Shown: positions 25,649 to 30,856 of the stretch, one piece after another
How the letters are laid out: each line of letters begins with the position of its first letter
How positions within the stretch are numbered: the stretch's first letter is position 1
Source of the DNA: a virus
Taxonomy: Duplodnaviria > Caudoviricetes
DNA length: 30,856 nt
Virus record (IMG/VR): IMGVR_UViG_3300031647_000036
Span: 1-30,856 of that record
Reading direction: 5' to 3' (one strand)
Notes under the pieces: model-generated
What the model saw: the letters and a program-made list of their open reading frames with translations, nothing else
Database searches by the model: none
What the model was told of the DNA's origin: nothing
Program-made: the position numbers and the translations under genes

Positions 25649-27817
25649 ATGGAAGATAAAAGACTAAGGAATAACAAAGGTCAATTTAAAAAGGCTTCAA
25701 AAAGTTCAGAATTTGGATTTGTTAATTTAAGCACTTACACAAGCCCCGAAATTGTGGAGGTAAAAGGTGAGGATTGGATTCGTTACGGTAGTGATAACAA
25801 CTATTTTCAGTTTTTAATCGATAGATTTAATGGCAGCCCAACAAATAATGCTGCAATTACCGGAATTTCTCAGGCTATCTACGGTAAGGGATTAAACGCC
25901 ACAGATTCTAGTAGAAGACCAAATGAGTATGCTCAAATGGTTTCGATATTTAAAAAAGATGACGTTAGAAAACTTTGCTATGACTTGAAATTAATGGGTC
26001 AATGTGCAATACAAATAATTTACACTAAAGACAGAAAAAAAATAGCAAAAGTAGAACATTTCCCAATTGAAACACTTAGGGCTGAAAGAGCCAATAAAGA
26101 TGGTGAAATAGAGGCTTACTATTATTTTGCAGATTGGCCAAATATAAAAAAGTCAGATACACCATTAAGAATACCTGCTTTTGGAACATCAAAAGAAAGT
26201 ATTGAAATGCTATACGTAAAACCTTACAAATCAGGATTTTACTACTATTCTCCGGTAGATTATCAGGGTTGTTTACAATATGCTGAATTAGAAGAAGAGG
26301 TATCGAATTACCATATCAACAATATACGCTCAGGTTTAAGCCCTAGTATGCTTATAAATTTCAACAACGGAACACCAAACGAGCAGGAAAGACAATTAAT
26401 CGAACAAAAAATAGCGGATAAATTCGCCGGGACCAACAATGCCGGAAAATTCATCATTGCTTTTAACGATTCTAAAGAAAGTCAGGCAGAAATTACACCG
26501 GTACAATTATCCGATGCGCATAACCAATATCAATTTTTAAGTTCTGAATGTTCTTTAAAAATACAGGTGGGCCACAGGATCGTTTCTAGTTTTTTACTAG
26601 GAATACCAACAGCAACAGGTTTTTCTTCAAATGCAGATGAGATTAAAGTATCTTCTCAATTAATGGATAATACCGTTATTAGACCTTTTCAGGAACTTTT
26701 AATAGATTCCTTTGATATCATACTCGCTTACAATAATGTTGCCTTAAACCTGTACTTTACGACCTTACAGCCCCTAGAATTTACTGAAGTAGACAGTAGT
26801 ATTCAGGATAAAGAAACTATTGAAGAAGAAACGGGTGTTGAAATGGCAAAGTTAAGTTTAAATAAAATTGACGGTCAAGAGGTTTATAAAACAAAAGAAG
26901 AGGCTATTGCACAGGCAAAATTAATTGGATGCGAAGGTTTTCACGAAATGGAAATTGAAGGCGATATTTATTTTATGCCTTGTGAAAATCATACAGAATT
27001 AAAGGCACCTTGTTGGGACGGTTACGAACAAATAGGCACAAAAGAAAAAGATGGTAAAGAAGTACCAAATTGTGTACCATTATCAAAAGAATCTTTGTCT
27101 AGAACAGAAGAACATAGTTGTTCATTATCTAGCGATAAAACTCAATTTCTTTTAGGTTCTTTATCTTCTACCGGTAATAAAATTGGTGAAGATTGGATTC
27201 AGGTTGACGAATTGGAAGAAGAATCTAATTTATCAAATGAAGATTGGGCCAATTATTTAATACAGGAAAAACCAAAAAGTACTTTAAATAAAATAAAAGA
27301 TGTTTTAGGTTTAAATCAAGATTACGTAACTAGCAAAAATAACGGGTCCGCTTATTCAGATATTGATTCTAAAAATGGGCTTTATAAGATAAGATATAAA
27401 TATGCTTTAGGGGCTTCAAAAGGGAAAAATACTAGAGACTTTTGTTCTAATATGATGGATATGTCAGATGCCGGGATGGTTTGGAGAATTGAAGATATTG
27501 ACCAAGCAAGCAGAGGTGATGTTAATGTAGAATTTAGACATAAGCCAAGTATTGAGTATAATATTTTTGAACTAAAAGGCGGTATTTATTGCCATCACAA
27601 ATGGAAAAGAGTATTGTATCGAAAAGAATCGAATACTGAAGTTTCAAAGAATTTGTCTAATTACAAAAAAACTAGAACCATTCCTAAATCGCAACAAAGA
27701 TTTCCTAGAGGTTCTGCAAAAGCAGCAATTGCAACAATAAAACAACCGGGTCAAGGTAGGTACCCATTATCTAGCGTTTCATTAAATGACAAAGGGCGAC
27801 GAAATGATAAGACATAG
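25649..27817 (+). CDS. Portal protein with C-terminal Cys/His-rich and MuF-like extensions
   Basis: N-terminal ~390 aa portal-like (YG.DN.Y, SPTNNA, YY..VDY, G..PS..I, G..NAGK); tail with TRDFC...GGIYCHHKW. Confidence 0.75.
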   Translation: MEDKRLRNNKGQFKKASKSSEFGFVNLSTYTSPEIVEVKGEDWIRYGSDNNYFQFLIDRFNGSPTNNAAITGISQAIYGKGLNATDSSRRPNEYAQMVSIFKKDDVRKLCYDLKLMGQCAIQIIYTKDRKKIAKVEHFPIETLRAERANKDGEIEAYYYFADWPNIKKSDTPLRIPAFGTSKESIEMLYVKPYKSGFYYYSPVDYQGCLQYAELEEEVSNYHINNIRSGLSPSMLINFNNGTPNEQERQLIEQKIADKFAGTNNAGKFIIAFNDSKESQAEITPVQLSDAHNQYQFLSSECSLKIQVGHRIVSSFLLGIPTATGFSSNADEIKVSSQLMDNTVIRPFQELLIDSFDIILAYNNVALNLYFTTLQPLEFTEVDSSIQDKETIEEETGVEMAKLSLNKIDGQEVYKTKEEAIAQAKLIGCEGFHEMEIEGDIYFMPCENHTELKAPCWDGYEQIGTKEKDGKEVPNCVPLSKESLSRTEEHSCSLSSDKTQFLLGSLSSTGNKIGEDWIQVDELEEESNLSNEDWANYLIQEKPKSTLNKIKDVLGLNQDYVTSKNNGSAYSDIDSKNGLYKIRYKYALGASKGKNTRDFCSNMMDMSDAGMVWRIEDIDQASRGDVNVEFRHKPSIEYNIFELKGGIYCHHKWKRVLYRKESNTEVSKNLSNYKKTRTIPKSQQRFPRGSAKAAIATIKQPGQGRYPLSSVSLNDKGRRNDKT

Positions 27818-27858
27818 AAATTCAAGTTTAAATATTTGTAATTAATAATATATAAAAA

Positions 27859-28368
27859 ATGGCAACAGTACTATTTATAAACAGAACTGATCTTGTTCGT
27901 AATTCAATTATGGACGGAAATGTAGATACAGATAAATTTATTTTCTTTATTTCTACGGCGCAAAAAATACATATTCAGGAGTATTTAGGTACAAAAATGT
28001 ATGATGGATTAACGGCTGCAATAGTTGACGGAATAGATAAAGCAGCAAATGCTAGGTGGAAGCTATTATTAGACGATTACGTAGTAGATATGTTAATTTG
28101 GTTTACTCAGGTAGATTACCTTCCGTGGGCTTCTTATCAATTACGTAATGGAGGTATGATGAAACACCGATCTGAAAATGCAGAAACAGTTTCAAAAGAA
28201 GAAATTGATTTTCTAGTAGAAAAAGCTAGAACAAATGCAGAATGGTATTCTAGAAGATTTATCGATTTTATGGGTTTTAATCAAACTTTATACCCGGAAT
28301 ATACAAATAATATCAATGACGATATTTACCCTAGTTATGATGCAACTTTTAACGGTTGGGTATTATGA
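27859..28368 (+). CDS. Head-tail adaptor/head completion protein (probable)
   Basis: 169 aa, helical, AQ..HIQEYLGT..Y; follows the portal. Confidence 0.55.
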   Translation: MATVLFINRTDLVRNSIMDGNVDTDKFIFFISTAQKIHIQEYLGTKMYDGLTAAIVDGIDKAANARWKLLLDDYVVDMLIWFTQVDYLPWASYQLRNGGMMKHRSENAETVSKEEIDFLVEKARTNAEWYSRRFIDFMGFNQTLYPEYTNNINDDIYPSYDATFNGWVL

Positions 28369-28484
28369 TTTACAAACCAAAAGAAAAAACTTTAGAAAAG
28401 CTAAGGGCTTATTTGAAAAAAAAGAATAGCATTAATAAATCAATAAATAAAACAAAAAAATTAAAGAATGGCAACTCTATTTAA
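28365..28484 (+). CDS. 39-aa Lys-rich peptide (not in ORF track)
   Basis: MIYKPKEKTLEKLRAYLKKK...; ATGA overlap. Confidence 0.45.
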   Translation: MIYKPKEKTLEKLRAYLKKKNSINKSINKTKKLKNGNSI

Positions 28485-30856
28485 TACTAAAATATCTGCT
28501 ACTTACGAGGGCTTATTAAAAACCATTGACAATGCGGCTATTTCTGCAACGTTAAGGGAACTTACAGATGGTTCGGGAAATCAATCAGGTTTGTTTTTAA
28601 ACACATCAGGGGACTTTAAAGTTACAAGTGTACTAGAATGGGGTTCGCTTAAAGATACAGGTACAGGGGTTACGATTACACAATTTGTAACTGCTGCAAA
28701 TGGTATTGAAAACTTTAATAATGATACAACACTACCGACAAGTGCTGCGGTAAAATTATACGTAGACACTAAATTTGCTACATCAGATACTTTACAGGAA
28801 GTTTTATCTTTTGGAAACACAACAAGCGGAAATAATATTGTAGTTTCTGCAAGTGATGACATTACGTTTACTGATTCAAGCAAAGCGTTATTTGGAAGTA
28901 GTCAAGACTTAGAAATTAACCACAATGGAACGGATAGTTTTGTTACTGACTTAGGAACAGGTGATTTAAGATTAAGAAGCGATAATTCTGTAAAAATTCA
29001 AGCCTCAACAGGTGGTAACAATTTAGCTACATTTACAAAGGGTTCAGGTGTCGATTTATATTTTAATAATGCAAAGAAATTAGAAACTACAAATACAGGT
29101 ATTTCAGTTACAGGAATAATATCAAATTTAACAAATCCAATTGATGCTCAAGATGCTGCAACAAAATCGTATGTAGATGCTTTAGATGCAGGAAGTGATT
29201 TGGATATAACAGATGGTACAACTACAGGTGATGTAAACTTAAACACTCAAACGTTAAGCATTTTAGGAACTACTAATGAAATAGAAACGGTAGTAAGTGG
29301 GCAAGGTGTAACGATAGGTTTACCAAGTTCAATAAGTACTGACTTAGTTGGTAATGTTACAGGAAACTTAACAGGAAATGTAACAGGCGATTTAACGGGG
29401 AATGTAACTTCAACTTCTGTTCTTGCTAATGGAGTTACAGCAACAACACAAGCATCAAATGATGACTCAACAAAAGTAGCAACAACTGCTTATGTAAAAG
29501 GCTTAGATAATGCTTCTGATTTAGATTTTAGCGGAGATAGTGGAAGTGGGGATGTTAATTTAAACACACAAACTTTAGCGGTAACAGGTACAACAAATCA
29601 AATAGAATCGACTGCATCTAATCAAGGGTTGAATTTAAAATTTCCAACCGCAGGAGTTACTTTACCGAATGGTTCTTTAGCTACTACACAATCGGCAGGA
29701 GATAATAGTACAAAAATTTCTACTACTCAATACGTAGATAGTTCTGCAGCTTTGTATTTACCTTTAGCAGGTGGAACAATGAGTGGAAACACTATCCATA
29801 ATGATAACGTAAAGTCTGTTTATGGAACAGGTAGCGATGCTCAGGTTTATCACGATGGTTCTAATTTTTATGCAAATAATACAACAGGTCAATTAAATAT
29901 AGACCAATCGGCAGTAACACAATCAATAGTATTTAAAGTATCAAATGCAAATGCTCTAGATACAACTGCATTGATAATCAATAGAGAAGGAGATTTAATT
30001 ACAGGTAAAGATGTAACCATTGCAGGAGACCTAACAGTAAATGGAACGACTACAACGGTAAATTCACAGACTTTATCAGTAGATGACCCTCTTATATCAC
30101 TTGCAATTAATAATGCCGCAAATAGCCTTGATATTGGTTATTACGGTAAATACAATGACGGTACTACAAGGTATTTAGGTTTATTCAATGATGCTTCAGA
30201 TAGTAATAAATTCAAGTTATTTAGAGGTACAACAGTAGAACCTACAACGACAGTTAATATTGGCGGTGCAGGATATTTAGCAGCAGATTTAGTTGTAGCA
30301 GGATTAGAAGGAACTTCAGTAGTTTCAACAGGAAGTATAATTGCAGCATCAGGCAATAGTGGGCAAATTACATTATCTGCAAATTCAATAGGAAGTACTA
30401 ATAATCTTGTTATTTCAACAGCAGGTGGAGGTTCTAATATTGAGATGTATAATACTGAAATGTATTTTGATGGGAATACACAATATTTTAGACCTGCAAA
30501 TGCATCATCAACATATTTAACTCTTAATTCTACAAGTGCAACTTTTGCAGGAGATGTAACAATAGAAACAGGAATTGATTTAGAAAGCGGAACTTTAGTA
30601 ATTAAAAATTCCACAGGCGATGCTAGTGGTTTAAAAATATTTCAAGATTCATCAGATGCTTCTAAAATATACAACAATTATAATGGAACACTACAATTAG
30701 GTACTAATAATGTCACAAGGTTAACCATAGATTCAACAAGTGCAACTTTTGCAGGAGATGTAATAGTTCAAGGGACAAGTGCAGCAGGGTATGTAAAATT
30801 ATCAGGAGATGGGAATGGAGCAATTTATACCTCTAATGGAGATATGCAGTTTTTTA
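28468..30856 (+). CDS. Tail fibre, N-terminal part (3'-partial, absent from ORF track; joins 145..2057 to give ~1430 aa)
   Basis: ATG at 28468 (MATLFNTKISATYEGLLK...), open to the window end; DAATKSYVD, GNVT repeats, STKVATTAYV, YLPLAGGTMSG; in frame with the window start through the overlap. Confidence 0.9.
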   Translation, partial: MATLFNTKISATYEGLLKTIDNAAISATLRELTDGSGNQSGLFLNTSGDFKVTSVLEWGSLKDTGTGVTITQFVTAANGIENFNNDTTLPTSAAVKLYVDTKFATSDTLQEVLSFGNTTSGNNIVVSASDDITFTDSSKALFGSSQDLEINHNGTDSFVTDLGTGDLRLRSDNSVKIQASTGGNNLATFTKGSGVDLYFNNAKKLETTNTGISVTGIISNLTNPIDAQDAATKSYVDALDAGSDLDITDGTTTGDVNLNTQTLSILGTTNEIETVVSGQGVTIGLPSSISTDLVGNVTGNLTGNVTGDLTGNVTSTSVLANGVTATTQASNDDSTKVATTAYVKGLDNASDLDFSGDSGSGDVNLNTQTLAVTGTTNQIESTASNQGLNLKFPTAGVTLPNGSLATTQSAGDNSTKISTTQYVDSSAALYLPLAGGTMSGNTIHNDNVKSVYGTGSDAQVYHDGSNFYANNTTGQLNIDQSAVTQSIVFKVSNANALDTTALIINREGDLITGKDVTIAGDLTVNGTTTTVNSQTLSVDDPLISLAINNAANSLDIGYYGKYNDGTTRYLGLFNDASDSNKFKLFRGTTVEPTTTVNIGGAGYLAADLVVAGLEGTSVVSTGSIIAASGNSGQITLSANSIGSTNNLVISTAGGGSNIEMYNTEMYFDGNTQYFRPANASSTYLTLNSTSATFAGDVTIETGIDLESGTLVIKNSTGDASGLKIFQDSSDASKIYNNYNGTLQLGTNNVTRLTIDSTSATFAGDVIVQGTSAAGYVKLSGDGNGAIYTSNGDMQFF
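30742..30856 (+). repeat. 115-bp exact direct repeat of 30..144
   Basis: Direct comparison of the two ends. Confidence 0.95.

Noticed and set aside
2372-30614. All minus-strand ORFs in the track (e.g. 4035-4388, 14979-15287, 20129-20782, 21089-21397, 28581-28883, 30141-30614)
   Set aside because: They are antisense shadows of well-supported plus-strand genes and show no recognisable motifs or leaders.
30742-30856. End repeat as a biological direct terminal repeat
   Set aside because: It falls inside the tail-fibre ORF and is offset by 29 non-matching bases; assembly overlap of a circularly permuted genome is more likely.

Overview
This window is an essentially complete (~30.7 kb), AT-rich, probably circularly permuted genome of a tailed dsDNA phage (siphovirus-like). 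The host is most likely a Bacteroidota/Flavobacteriia cell, because the genome has TTTG-N20-TAnnTTTG-type promoters and A-rich leaders without Shine-Dalgarno sites. All credible genes are on the + strand. Gene order: tail-fibre C-terminal half, lysis cassette, AT-rich repeat region, NinG, recombination/replication/regulatory genes (Rad52/Sak, SSB, RecA-fold ATPase, ECF-like sigma, two PD-(D/E)XK-like nucleases, DUF5664, 5'-3' exonuclease, DnaA-domain-IV-like protein, ParB-like), terS/terL, an accessory island, tail genes (with a frameshifting chaperone), protease, scaffold, capsid, tail tube, portal, adaptor and the tail-fibre N-terminal half. The tail-fibre gene wraps across the ends through a 115-bp overlap. 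I recognise no integrase, CI-type repressor, DNA polymerase, primase, tRNA or CRISPR array. The most interesting signal is non-coding: a ~50-nt promoter-to-terminator unit (3961-4015) whose single-stranded 5' end is antisense to an AAAACAGA(ACA) motif at the start codons of about ten early genes. In addition, DnaA-box-like sites overlap all five host-type promoters, and a separate late-promoter motif is present. Protein assignments come from motif recognition by eye, not from database searches.
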